Position numbers and translations under genes: made by a program
Notes under the pieces: generated by a model
What the model was told of the DNA's origin: nothing
The model's input: the letters and a program-made list of their open reading frames with translations, nothing else
The model's database searches: none
Part shown: piece after piece, positions 26,889 to 37,267 of the stretch
Numbering within the stretch: position 1 is the stretch's first letter
How the letters are laid out: each line of letters begins with the position of its first letter
NCBI GenBank assembly: GCA_963748675.1
Contig: CAVVJX010000005.1
Span: 260,440 to 324,439 of the forward strand
Source of the DNA: an uncultured Chloroflexia bacterium
GTDB taxonomy: Bacteria; Chloroflexota; Limnocylindria; Limnocylindrales; CSP1-4
DNA: 64,000 nucleotides
Reading direction: 5' to 3'

Positions 26889-29800
26889 AGCCGACCGCGA
26901 GCCCACTCCGCCGAGCCGAGCCCGCTCGAGCCGACCGCCGAGCCCACCCCGAGCCGACCGCCCCCGCGGCCACCAAGCCCTACGTCGTCAGCTTCGTCGC
27001 CGGCACCGCCTCCGCCGCGCAGACAGCTGCCGTCGCCGCCGCCGGCGCCACGACCACCGACACGATCGGCGTCCTTCGCATCCACGCGGTCGACGCGTCC
27101 GATGCCGCCGTCGCCCTGCTGCGCGCCGACCCGCTCGTCGGCGCCGTCGAGCTCGATCGCAGCCGCGCCGCCGAGGCCACCCGACCGACCCGAACTACGC
27201 CGACCAGTGGGCCCTGCCGAAGATCGGCTGGGACGATGCGTATCGGCGTCGTCGAGCCCGCCGGCTCCGCCGTCGTCGCCGTCCTCGACACCGGTGTCGA
27301 CGCCTCGCACCCCGACCTCGACGACAACATCGTCACCGGCACCTCGTTCGTCGCGGGCTCCGAGCTGGTCGACCGACACCAACGGCCACGGCACCGCCAT
27401 GGCCGGCATCGTCGCGGCCGAGACCGACAACGGCGCGGGCGTCGCCGGCGTCGGCTACGCCGGCGTCAAGGTCATGCCCGTCACCGTCCTCGGCGCCGAC
27501 GGCCACAGGCCACGACAGCGACATCATCGAGGGCGTCGTCTGGGCAGCCGACCACGGCGCCGACGTCATCCTCATGTCCTTCAGCGCGACCGGCTACTCG
27601 TCCGCCCTGCAGGCCGCCATCGACTACGCCTGGTCGAACGGCGTCGTCCTCGTCGCGGCCGCCGGCAACGACGGCTCGTCGACCCCGGCCTTCCCGGCCG
27701 GCGATCGCGGCGTCATCGGCGTCTCGAACACCGACTCGTCCGATGCCCTGGCCGGCTCGTCCAACTACGGCGCGTCGGTCTTCCTCGGCGCCCCCGGCGT
27801 CGGCATCTGACCACCGAGAACGGTGGCTACTCGACGATCTCCGGCACGTCCGCCTCCGCGGCGCACGTCGCGGGCGCGGCGGCCTTGCTGGCCGCGGCCG
27901 ATTCGATCGCCTCGAACGGCACGATCGTCGGCCGGCTGGCCCGCAACGCCGATGCGGCGGGCACCGTCGGCCGAGACCGGCAATGGCCGGCTGAACCTGG
28001 CCCGGGCCCTGGGCGACACCGCGACCGACTCCGTGAAGCCTGCGGGCGCGGCGCCGGTCGGCGACGGCGGTCCGTTCGTCGGGCCGTACGACGCGGCCGC
28101 AAACAACTTCAACGTGTCGCCAGCAACCCAGAACGTCGCGCCCGGCTTCACGAAGAGCTACTCGTGGGCGTTCACCGCGCAGAACAGCGCCAACCAGGCG
28201 ACAACCACGTTCACGACTCCGGCGGGATGGACCGCGCCAACGACCGCTGCCGGTGCCGGCAACGTGACGGTCGTGGCCGGAACCTGCCCGGCTACCTTGG
28301 CATCCGTGACTAGTGCAACCCGCGTGATCACGATCGACCAGGGCCCAGGTAGCAACACCTGTGCCAATGGGACGACGTTCACGCTCTATTACAACCAGGC
28401 GACGTCACCGACGTCGGCTACTGCACCCGAGCAGACGTATCAGTTCGTGAACCAGCATGGCCAGGATCCGGACGTGACGGTCGAGTACAACTACTTCTCG
28501 AACGTCTCCCCTAGCGGCAACTGGAACGTTGCGGCCAACTGGGAGTTGTGCGACGCGACCACGGGATCGATTGTTCGCCCATCCCTCCGGCTGTCGCGCC
28601 GAGCGCGGCCAACGCGAACCTCATCCATATCCGATCCTTCGACACCATCAATGTTTCTTCTGCGGTTACCGCGGATCAGGTGCACGTCGCCACGGCTGCC
28701 ACGCTGATCATCAATGCCGGTCAGACGCTGACGCTGGCGGATGGCCCCAATGGAGCCGGCGGCTGGCGGACCTCACGTCGGCGGGACGGTCGTGGTCAGC
28801 GGCACGCTGACTCACGCGCCCAGTGCTGGCACAGGTGTGTTTGGCGCGTTCCAAATCACGAGCTCGGGCGTTGTAAATGGCAATGGCGCTAGTCCCGCAG
28901 CCAAGCCCGATTTCATCGTCGCGTTTGGGAATCTGACGATCGATCCGGGTGGCGTGTGGACGACGGGCGGTTCGGGCCCGATGAGGTTGACCTTTGAGTC
29001 AGGGTCAACAGGCACGCTCAACGGAAATGTCACGGGAACGAGTGATCTGACGGTCAACGGCATCGTCACCGCATCTGCGAACATCGCCATGGCCTCGATT
29101 GCCAACCTGCAGATCGGCGGCAGTCTCACGCTGTCGAGCGCCATCCTGACGACACCGCGTGGGAACGGGGAATTTCGTCGCCCAGATCAATTCTGGAGGC
29201 AACCTCGCCCTGGATGGCTCGTCCACATGGAACGTCGGGACCGTGGCCGCTGCTCGTGGCGAGGTCCGGAGCGGCGGCACGCTCGCAATGAGCCCATCTT
29301 CGGAAGTCCTTGGCGCAGGGTTCCTGCAAGTCGACTCTGGCGCGACGCTACGTATCGGTTCGGCCGACGGTATCGCGAACAGCACGACCACCGGTAACGT
29401 CCGGACGTCGGCCGCCGACACCTACTCGACCGCTGCCAATTACACCTACGACGGCGCGACCCAGGTTACCGGCAACGCCTTGCCTGCGACGATCGCCACG
29501 CTCACGATCGCCAGCACCGGCGTCGTTACCATAAGTAGCCTGGGGGCCCTTCAAACGGTCACCGGGCTGACCGCCGCGACGTCCGGGACGTTCGATCAGG
29601 GACCGAGCATCAACCTGACCGCGGGTGGCGGCATCTCAGTGGCCGCCGGCGCGACCTACCGAAACCTCGGCACTGGCGATCTGACGCTCGGGTCTGCCGG
29701 CGTGACCAACGCGGGCGCGATCCAGATCAACGCAAACGGCGCCACTTGCGGCAATACCGACGACATCCTGATTCGCCGACCAACATTGGAACGCAGCGCC

Positions 29801-30305
29801 CATGGTCGGGCGTCGGCACCTTTGACCTGCAGGACATCAACGTCCGTGACCAGGCCGGAACGGCGCGATCACGGTCATCAGCGGAACGAACCTCGCCAAC
29901 AACGGCGCGAACTGGACGTTCGTGGCCTCCTGCAACAGCGCGCCTGTCGCCACAACCCCGGCGTTCAGCCCCGCCAGCCCCACCACCAACAGCCTGCTCC
30001 AGGGCTCGACGACGGTGACCGACGCTGACCTCAACAGCTCGACTGTCGCGTTCCTCTGGAGGGTGACCCGCGGGCTGACCACGTGCGATGTGCGCACGAT
30101 CACCTCGGCTGCCGCTTCGAGCGGCGCCGTCCATACCGACACGCTCAACCTCGGGATCAGCCACACCGCGACGAACTGCGTCGGGCCGGTCCTTGCCACC
30201 ATCAACCCCTCAGAGGGTGATGTCATCACCTTGACCGTGATCCCGAACGACGGGACGGTCAATGGCACAGCACAAAGCAACTCCGTGACCGTGGGGAACT
30301 CGGCC

Positions 30306-31769
30306 CCGGTCTGCCTGGACGTCACGATCACGACCGACGAGGACACCGCCGGCTCCACGGCGCCGAGCTGCACCGACGCCGACGGCGAGACCCTGACCTA
30401 CACCGTCACCGCGGCCGCGACCGGCATCTCCGGGACCGACGGCACGCCTCGACCCTGACCTACGACCCGAACGGCCAGTTCGAGTACCTCGACACCGGTG
30501 AGACCGCGACCGACGCGTTCACCTACACGGCCAACGACGGCACGGTCGACTCGAACGTCGCCGACGTCGACGTCACGATCAACGGCGTCAACGACGCCCC
30601 GGTCTGCCTGGACGTCACGATCACGACCGACGAGGACACCGCCGGCTCGCACGGCGCCCGAGCTGCACCGACGCCGACGGCGAGACCCTGACCTACACCG
30701 TCACCGCGGCCGCGACCGGCATCTCCGGGACCGACGGCACGTCGACCCTGACCTACGACCCGAACGGCCAGTTCGAGTACCTCGACACCGGCGAGACCGC
30801 GACCGACGCGTTCACCTACACGGCCAACGACGGCACGGTCGACTCGAACGTCGCCGACGTCGACGTCACGATCAACGGCGTCAACGACGCCCCGGTCTGC
30901 CTGGACGTCACGATCACGACCGACGAGGACACCGCCGGCTCCACGGCGCCGAGCTGCACCGACGCCGACGGCGAGACCCTGACCTACACCGTCACCGCGG
31001 CCGCGACCGGCATCTCCGGGACCGACGGCACGTCGACCCTGACCTACGACCCGAACGGCCAGTTCGAGTACCTCGACACCGGTGAGACCGCGACCGACGC
31101 GTTCACCTACACGGCCAACGACGGCACGGTCGACTCGAACGTCGCCGACGTCGACGTCACGATCAACGGCGTCAACGACGCCCCGGTCTGCCTGGACGTC
31201 ACGATCACGACCGACGAGGACACCGCCGGCTCGCACGGCGCCGAGCTGCACCGACGCCGACGGCGAGACCCTGACCTACACCGTCACCGCGGCCGCGACC
31301 GGCATCTCCGGGACCGACGGCACGTCGACCCTGACCTACGACCCGAACGGCCAGTTCGAGTACCTCGACACCGGTGAGACCGCGACCGACGCGTTCACCT
31401 ACACGGCCAACGACGGCACGGTCGACTCGAACGTCGCCGACGTCGACGTCACGATCAACGGCGTCAACGACGCCCCGGTCTGCCTGGACGTCACGATCAC
31501 GACCGACGAGGACACCGCCGGCTCCACGGCGCCGAGCTGCACCGACGCCGACGGCGAGACCCTGACCTACACCGTCACCGCGGCCGCGACCGGCATCTCC
31601 GGGACCGACGGCACGTCGACCCTGACCTACGACCCGAACGGCCAGTTCGAGTACCTCGACACCGGCTGAGACCGCGACCGACGCGTTCACCTACACGGCC
31701 AACGACGGCACGGTCGACTCGAACGTCGCCGACGTCGACGTCACGATCAACGGCGTCAACGACGCCCCG
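30306..31769 (+). repeat. tandem array A: five near-identical ~291-bp units (97-aa cadherin/VCBS-like module)
   Basis: The unit encodes VCLDVTITTDEDTAGSTAPSCTDADGETLTYTVTAAATGISGTDGTSTLTYDPNGQFEYLDTGETATDAFTYTANDGTVDSNVADVDVTINGVNDAP. GTCTGCCTGG recurs at 30309, 30602, 30895, 31186 and 31478, giving spacings of 293, 293, 291 and 292. Confidence 0.9.
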
Positions 31770-33520
31770 GTCGTCACGCTCGACGCTGGGAACGACCTCA
31801 ACGTGGACGAGGGCTCGACGACTTCGTACGAGTTCTCGATCTTCGACGCCGAGGGCGATTCAGTCGACCGCCGTGACGGTCGACTGCGGCGCCAACGGCG
31901 ACCCGGCCACCAACGTCACCTTCACCGATCACGACCGGCAGCTTCGACTGCACCTTCCCCGACGGCGACGCCCTGAGCACGATCAGTGCCAGCGCGACCG
32001 ACTCGGACGGCGACACCGGCGCGGCCGACACCCAGGTGGTCACGATCAACAACGTGGCCCCGACGGTGACCCTGTCGGCGCTCAACGACCTCGACGTCGC
32101 CGAGGGCTCGACCACGACCTACACCTTCTCGATCTTCGATCCGGGCGACGACACGGTCACCGCCGTGACGGTCGACTGCGGCGCCAACGGCGACCCGGCC
32201 ACCAACGTCACCTTCACCGACACGACCGGCAGCTTCGACTGCACCTTCCCCGACGGCGACGCCCTGAGCACGATCAGTGCCAGCGCGACCGACTCGGACG
32301 GCGACACCGGCGCGGCCGACACCCAGGCGGTCACGATCAACAACGTGGCCCCGACGGTGACCCTGTCGGCGCTCAACGACCTCGACGTCGCCGAGGGCTC
32401 GACCACGACCTACACCTTCTCGATCTTCGATCCGGGCGACGACACGGTCACCGCCGTGACGGTCGACTGCGGCGCCAACGGCGACCCGGCCACCAACGTC
32501 ACCTTCACCGACACGACCGGCAGCTTCGACTGCACCTTCCCCGACGGCGACGCCCTGAGCACGATCAGTGCCAGCGCGACCGACTCGGACGGCGACACCG
32601 GCGCGGCCGACACCCAGGTGGTCACGATCAACAACGTGGCCCCGACGGTGACCCTGTCGGCGCTCAACGACCTCGACGTCGCCGAGGGCTCGACCACGAC
32701 CTACACCTTCTCGATCTTCGATCCGGGTGACGACACGGTCACCGCCGTGACGGTCGACTGCGGCGCCAACGGCGACCCGGCCACCAACGTCACCTTCACC
32801 GACACGACCGGCAGCTTCGACTGCACCTTCCCCGACGGCGACGCCCTGAGCACGATCAGTGCCAGCGCGACCGACTCGGACGGCGACACCGGCGCGGCCG
32901 ACACCCAGGTGGTCACGATCAACAACGTGGCCCCGACGGTGACCCTGTCGGCGCTCAACGACCTCGACGTCGACCGAGGGCTACGACCACGACCTACACC
33001 TTCTCGATCTTCGATCCGGGTGACGACACGGTCACCGCCGTGACGGTCGACTGCGGCGCCAACGGCGACCCGGCCACCAACGTCACCTTCACCGACACGA
33101 CCGGCAGCTTCGACTGCACCTTCCCCGACGGCGACGCCCTGAGCATCGATCAGTGCCAGCGCGACCGACTCGGACGGCGACACCGGCGCGGCCGACACCC
33201 AGGTGGTCACGATCAACAACGTGGCCCCGACGGTGACCCTGTCGGCGCTCAACGACCTCGACGTCGCCGAGGGCTCGACCACGACCTACACCTTCTCGAT
33301 CTTCGATCCGGGTGACGACACGGTCACCGCCGTGACGGTCGACTGCGGCGCCAACGGCGACCCGGCCACCAACGTCACCTTCACCGACACGACCGGCAGC
33401 TTCGACTGCACCTTCCCCGACGGCGACGCCCTGAGCACGATCAGTGCCAGCGCGACCGACTCGGACGGCGACACCGGCGCGGCCGACACCCAGGTGGTCA
33501 CGATCAACAACGTGGCCCCG
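31770..33520 (+). repeat. tandem array B: one diverged plus five near-identical 291-bp units (a different 97-aa Ig-like module)
   Basis: The unit encodes VVTINNVAPTVTLSALNDLDVAEGSTTTYTFSIFDPGDDTVTAVTVDCGANGDPATNVTFTDTTGSFDCTFPDGDALSTISASATDSDGDTGAADTQ. GTGGTCACGATCAAC (GCGGTC in the unit at 32327) recurs at 32036, 32327, 32618, 32909, 33203 and 33494. Confidence 0.9.
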
Positions 33521-33826
33521 ACAACTCCGAACCTTTTGGCGCCGCCAGACGGCACGATCACCAACGACGCCACGCCGACCTTCGACTGGAGCGACTCCAC
33601 GGACCCGGCTGGCGCCAACGACACCATTTCGTACTCGATCCAGGCGGACAACGATGGCTGCCTGTTCCCGAGCCCCGAGGTCGGCGAGGTCGGCCTAGCC
33701 GCATCGACGTTCACACCCAGCACGAACCTCGCCGACGGCACCTATTGCTGGCGCGGCAATGCGAGCGATGAGGACGGCGGCACGAGCGCCTATAGCTCCA
33801 CCCGCATGGTGATCATCGACACGACC

Positions 33827-34420
33827 GTCCCGACCGGATCCATCACGATCAACAGCAACGCCACCTACACGAATGCCACCTCGGTCACGCTCAACCTGAA
33901 CGCGACCGACCTGAATGGCATCGTCAGCTACCGCGTCGCCAACGGCGCCGACTGCTCGAGCGCGACCTTCGTGGCCCCGTTCACCGCGGTCAGTCCGTAC
34001 AGCGCCAATGTCAGCCACACCCTGCCGTCAGGCGACGGCACGAAGACGGTCTGTGTCCAGTACCGGGATGCCGCCGGCAACGTGTCCACGACCTCCACCG
34101 ACTCGATCATCCTGGATCAGACGGTCCCGACCGGATCCATCACGATCAACAGCAACGCCACCTACACGAATGCCACCTCGGTCACGCTCAACCTGAACGC
34201 GACCGACCTGAATGGCATCGTCAGCTACCGCGTCGCCAACGGCGCCGACTGCTCGAGCGCGACCTTCGTGGCCCCGTTCACCGCGGTCAGTCCGTACAGC
34301 GCCGATGTCAGCCACACCCTGCCGTCAGGCGACGGCACGAAGACGGTCTGTGTCCAGTACCGGGATGCCGCCGGCAACGTGTCCACGACCTCCACCGACT
34401 CGATCATCCTGGATCAGACG
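33827..34420 (+). repeat. two tandem 297-bp units (99-aa Ig-like module)
   Basis: Units start at 33827 and 34124. I see one difference (GCCAATGTC versus GCCGATGTC). They encode VPTGSITINSNATYTNATSVTLNLNATDLNGIVSYRVANGADCSSATF... Confidence 0.9.
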
Positions 34421-35183
34421 GTCCCGAACGTCACGATCACCGACCCAGACCACGGGATCACCTATACCGCGCTGACCTGGAACGCAGGCTGCGGAACGAC
34501 GTTTGTCGGTGATTTCTGCGGGACAGCGTCTGATGCGCTGAGTGGGCTCAGTTCCGTTCACTACAGCATCCAGCGAGTCAGTGACAGCAAGTTCTGGAAC
34601 GGGACGAGTTTCTCGAGCAGTACCGAGGTCTTCCTGACACCGACGGGTCTCGCGAGCTGGACGCAGGCGTTCGCCTACGGCAATTTCCCGGCGACCGGCC
34701 TGTACACCCTCAAGGCTCGTGCGACTGACGTCGCCGGCAACACAAAGACCGTTAGCGCGACCTTCACCATCAACAATCCAAGCGGTGGCATCTACGTCTT
34801 CGAGGGCTTCTTCCAGCCGATCGACAATGTGCTGCTGAACAAGGCCAATGCAGGGAGCACGGTTCCCGTGAAGTGGCGGATCACGCTGAACGGCGTGGCG
34901 GTGTCCGACCCGAACAGCTTCGTCGCACTGACCTCGAGGCTCGTGGACTGTGGGACGCTCGTCGGCCTTCCAGTTGACGACATCGAGACCTACAGCACGA
35001 ACTCGGGGCTCCAGTACACCGGCAACGGAAGCTGGCACTTCAACTGGAAGACACCCAAGAGCTACGCCAACGAGTGCCGGATCATGACCTTGACCCTCAA
35101 CGACGGAAGCACACATGACGCGGACTTCAAGTTCAAGTAAGCCAGCCCACTAGTCCAGCGCTCGTCCTACTCCGAGCGCGCGC

Positions 35184-35219
35184 AGAGGCCGGTCCCCACT
35201 GACCCGGGGGCCGGCCTCT
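35184..35219. terminator. bidirectional stem-loop between convergent genes
   Basis: AGAGGCCGGTCCCC actgaccc GGGGGCCGGCCTCT gives a 14-bp stem with one mismatch. It lies between stops at 35140 (+) and 35236 (-). There is no U-tract. Confidence 0.5.
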
Positions 35220-35235
35220 CACTTGTCCGGTCGAG

Positions 35236-36093
35236 CTAGGGCGCCTTCGGGTCCACGTAGCGGCAGCGCGCGCGTAGCGGGCACTCGTCGTGCTCGGGGC
35301 GCTGGGCGTGGCAGACCTTGCGGCCGTGCTGGATGAGGTTGACGTGGGCCTCGTACATCTGGTCGGGCTCGAACAGCCCCAGGACCAGGTCGTGCGCCTC
35401 ATCGAGGCTGGGCTTGGGCGGCAGCACGCCGACCCGGCGCATCACGCGGTCGACGTGGCGGTCGATCGGCAGCAGCGGCTGGCCGAAGCAGAACAGCAGC
35501 AGCACCGAGGCGGTCTTCTTGCCGATGCCATCGATCTCGTCGAGCCAGTCGCGCGCCTCGATCGCCGGCATGTCGCCGAGGAATTCGAGGGAGTAGTCGC
35601 CGCGCTCCTCGCGGATCTTGCGCAGGGTCGTTTGGAGGCGTGGCGCCTTCTGGTTGGGCAGACCGCCCGGACGGATGACGTTGGTCAGTTCGGGGATCGG
35701 GGCGAACTCGACGCGCGCCCAGTCCGGCGCCGCGCCGTCCGGCAGCCCGAACCCGCCCCAGCCGGCGCCGGGCTTGTGCGCCTCGACCGGGCCGCCGCCC
35801 GGGTACGCGCGGCGGAGCGCCTCGAACGCGGCCTCGGCATTGGTGTCGGCGGTGCTCTGGGTGAGGATCGTCAGGATCAGTTCGCTCGTCGGGTCGAGTC
35901 GGCGCTCCCACGCCGGTCGGCCGTACTTGGAGGCCAGGCCGTCGAGGACGAACGGGATGAGCCCCGGCCGGTAGCGCTCGAGCCGCTTCGCGTAGCTCCG
36001 CCCCGGGTCGCTGAACTTGCGCTTCTTCGGTCGGCGACGCTTGGCCTTGGGTGCGGGCATCGGCGGCGGGACGAGCGGATCTTTGGTAGTCAT
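35236..36093 (-). CDS. endonuclease III-like HhH-GPD base-excision repair protein
   Basis: HhH-GPD motifs (LTILTQSTADTNA, IDGIGKKTASVLLLFCFGQPLLPIDRHVDRV) and a Cys-rich C-terminus (VCHAQRPEHDECPLRARC). The ATG at 36093 overlaps the upstream stop (ATGA). Confidence 0.8.
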   Translation of the reverse strand: MTTKDPLVPPPMPAPKAKRRRPKKRKFSDPGRSYAKRLERYRPGLIPFVLDGLASKYGRPAWERRLDPTSELILTILTQSTADTNAEAAFEALRRAYPGGGPVEAHKPGAGWGGFGLPDGAAPDWARVEFAPIPELTNVIRPGGLPNQKAPRLQTTLRKIREERGDYSLEFLGDMPAIEARDWLDEIDGIGKKTASVLLLFCFGQPLLPIDRHVDRVMRRVGVLPPKPSLDEAHDLVLGLFEPDQMYEAHVNLIQHGRKVCHAQRPEHDECPLRARCRYVDPKAP

Positions 36094-37211
36094 GCGATCG
36101 CCCCTCCGAGGGCGACGAGCCTGGCGATGCGTTCGCCACAGCGTTCCAGGGGTGCCGTACCTGCGGCCATCGCTTCCTCCACCGATTGTGGCCGCTCGGT
36201 CACCGGGACGGCCACGGCACCGACCTCCGCCAGGGCCGCGATGCCCTCGACTTCGACGCCGCCACCGACCGCGATGCATGGCACGCCCGCCGCTTGGGCA
36301 CGGCGCGCGACCCCGAGCGCGGTCTTGCCGAAGGCCGTCTGGGCATCGATCCGGCCCTCGCCGGTGATGACGAGGTCGGCCCGCGCGAGCCGCGCCTCGA
36401 AGTCCGTCGCATCCATGACGAGGTCGACGCCGGGGCGCAGCCCGAACGCCCGGAACCGATCCTGGATGGAGAGCAGCGCATAACCGACGCCGCCGGCCGC
36501 GCCGGCGCCCGGGGTCGTTCGCTCGGGGCGGCCGCCCACGAGTTCCATCGAGTCGGCAAATCGACCGAGCCGGCTGTCGAGATCCTGAACGTCGTCGGGC
36601 GTGGCGCCCTTCTGCGGGCCGTAGACCGCGGCGGCCCCGGTCGGTCCGCACAGGGGGTTCGAGACGTCGCAGGCCACCTGCAGCTCGACGGTGGCGAGCC
36701 GCGGATCGAGGTCGGCGAGGTCCACGGATGCGGTGTCCCGGTCCGCACGGGCCCCAAGGCCGGTCAGCAGCCCGGCGCCGCCGTCGGTCGTGGCGCTGCC
36801 GCCGATGCCCAGGACGATGCTGCTCACCCGGGCATTCAACGCGGCCCGGATCAGGTCCCCGGTCCCGATCGAGGTCGCCCGGATCGGGTCACGTTCGTCC
36901 GTGGCCAGGAGGGAGAGGCCCGAGGCCGCGGCCATCTCGACTGCTGCGCGCTGCCCGTCGTCCGAGATCAGCCACCGCGCCGTGATCTGGCGACCGAGCG
37001 GGTCGCGGGCGGTCGATGTCCTTCGTTGCCACCCGCCGGCGGCCTCGATCGCCGCGAGCGTGCCCTCGCCCCCGTCCGCGAGCGGGCAGAGCAGGATCTC
37101 GTCGTCAGGACGGGCCTGACGCCAGCCATCGGCCAGGGCCTGCGCGACCTGGACCGACGTCAACGACCCCTTGAACGAGTCGGGCGCGATGAGGACGGTG
37201 CGCCCGCTCAT
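36090..37211 (-). CDS. glycerate kinase
   Basis: The N-terminus VLIAPDSFKGSLTSVQVAQALADGW...CPLADGGEGT and the C-terminal ITGEGRIDAQTAFGK are typical of the glycerate kinase family. Confidence 0.85.
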   Translation of the reverse strand: MSGRTVLIAPDSFKGSLTSVQVAQALADGWRQARPDDEILLCPLADGGEGTLAAIEAAGGWQRRTSTARDPLGRQITARWLISDDGQRAAVEMAAASGLSLLATDERDPIRATSIGTGDLIRAALNARVSSIVLGIGGSATTDGGAGLLTGLGARADRDTASVDLADLDPRLATVELQVACDVSNPLCGPTGAAAVYGPQKGATPDDVQDLDSRLGRFADSMELVGGRPERTTPGAGAAGGVGYALLSIQDRFRAFGLRPGVDLVMDATDFEARLARADLVITGEGRIDAQTAFGKTALGVARRAQAAGVPCIAVGGGVEVEGIAALAEVGAVAVPVTERPQSVEEAMAAGTAPLERCGERIARLVALGGAIA

Positions 37212-37267
37212 GGTCGCGTGCCCGCCGCGCCGACTCGGGGTGTGTTCCGTGAAGGCACTCGCGCGAC

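Larger units (their letters stand above)
26567..35140 (+). pseudogene. giant composite surface protein: signal peptide, (AEPT)n, subtilisin S8 domain, beta-helix-like region, tandem Ig/cadherin-like arrays and a PxKF-like C-terminus. It is readable only with more than 20 frame changes (decayed gene or indel-laden assembly).
   Basis: ATG at 26567 follows GGGAGG. Signal or anchor helix: LLVAIQVFLLVASFFAPVASLAA. I9-like propeptide: KPYVVSFVAG...LRADPLVGAVELD. S8 motifs VAVLDTGVD (~27280), NGHGTAMAG (~27385), AAAGNDG and GTSASAAHVAG (~27845) lie in different frames. The SGNWNVAANW and GxLxL-rich region spans 28.5-29.9 kb. Repeats span 30.3-34.4 kb. The final domain ends ADFKFK with the stop at 35138-35140. 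Confidence 0.65.

Noticed and set aside
30306-33520. Highly regular repeats considered as a possible CRISPR array
   Set aside because: The period is 291 bp with no unique spacers between units. The units encode Ig/cadherin-like protein modules, and no cas genes are present.
31798-33741. Series of minus-strand ORFs starting MVEPSATSRSLSADRVTVGATLLIVT, recurring every 291 bp
   Set aside because: They are antisense reflections of the array B coding repeats. Their periodic recurrence comes from the repeat, not from a gene family.
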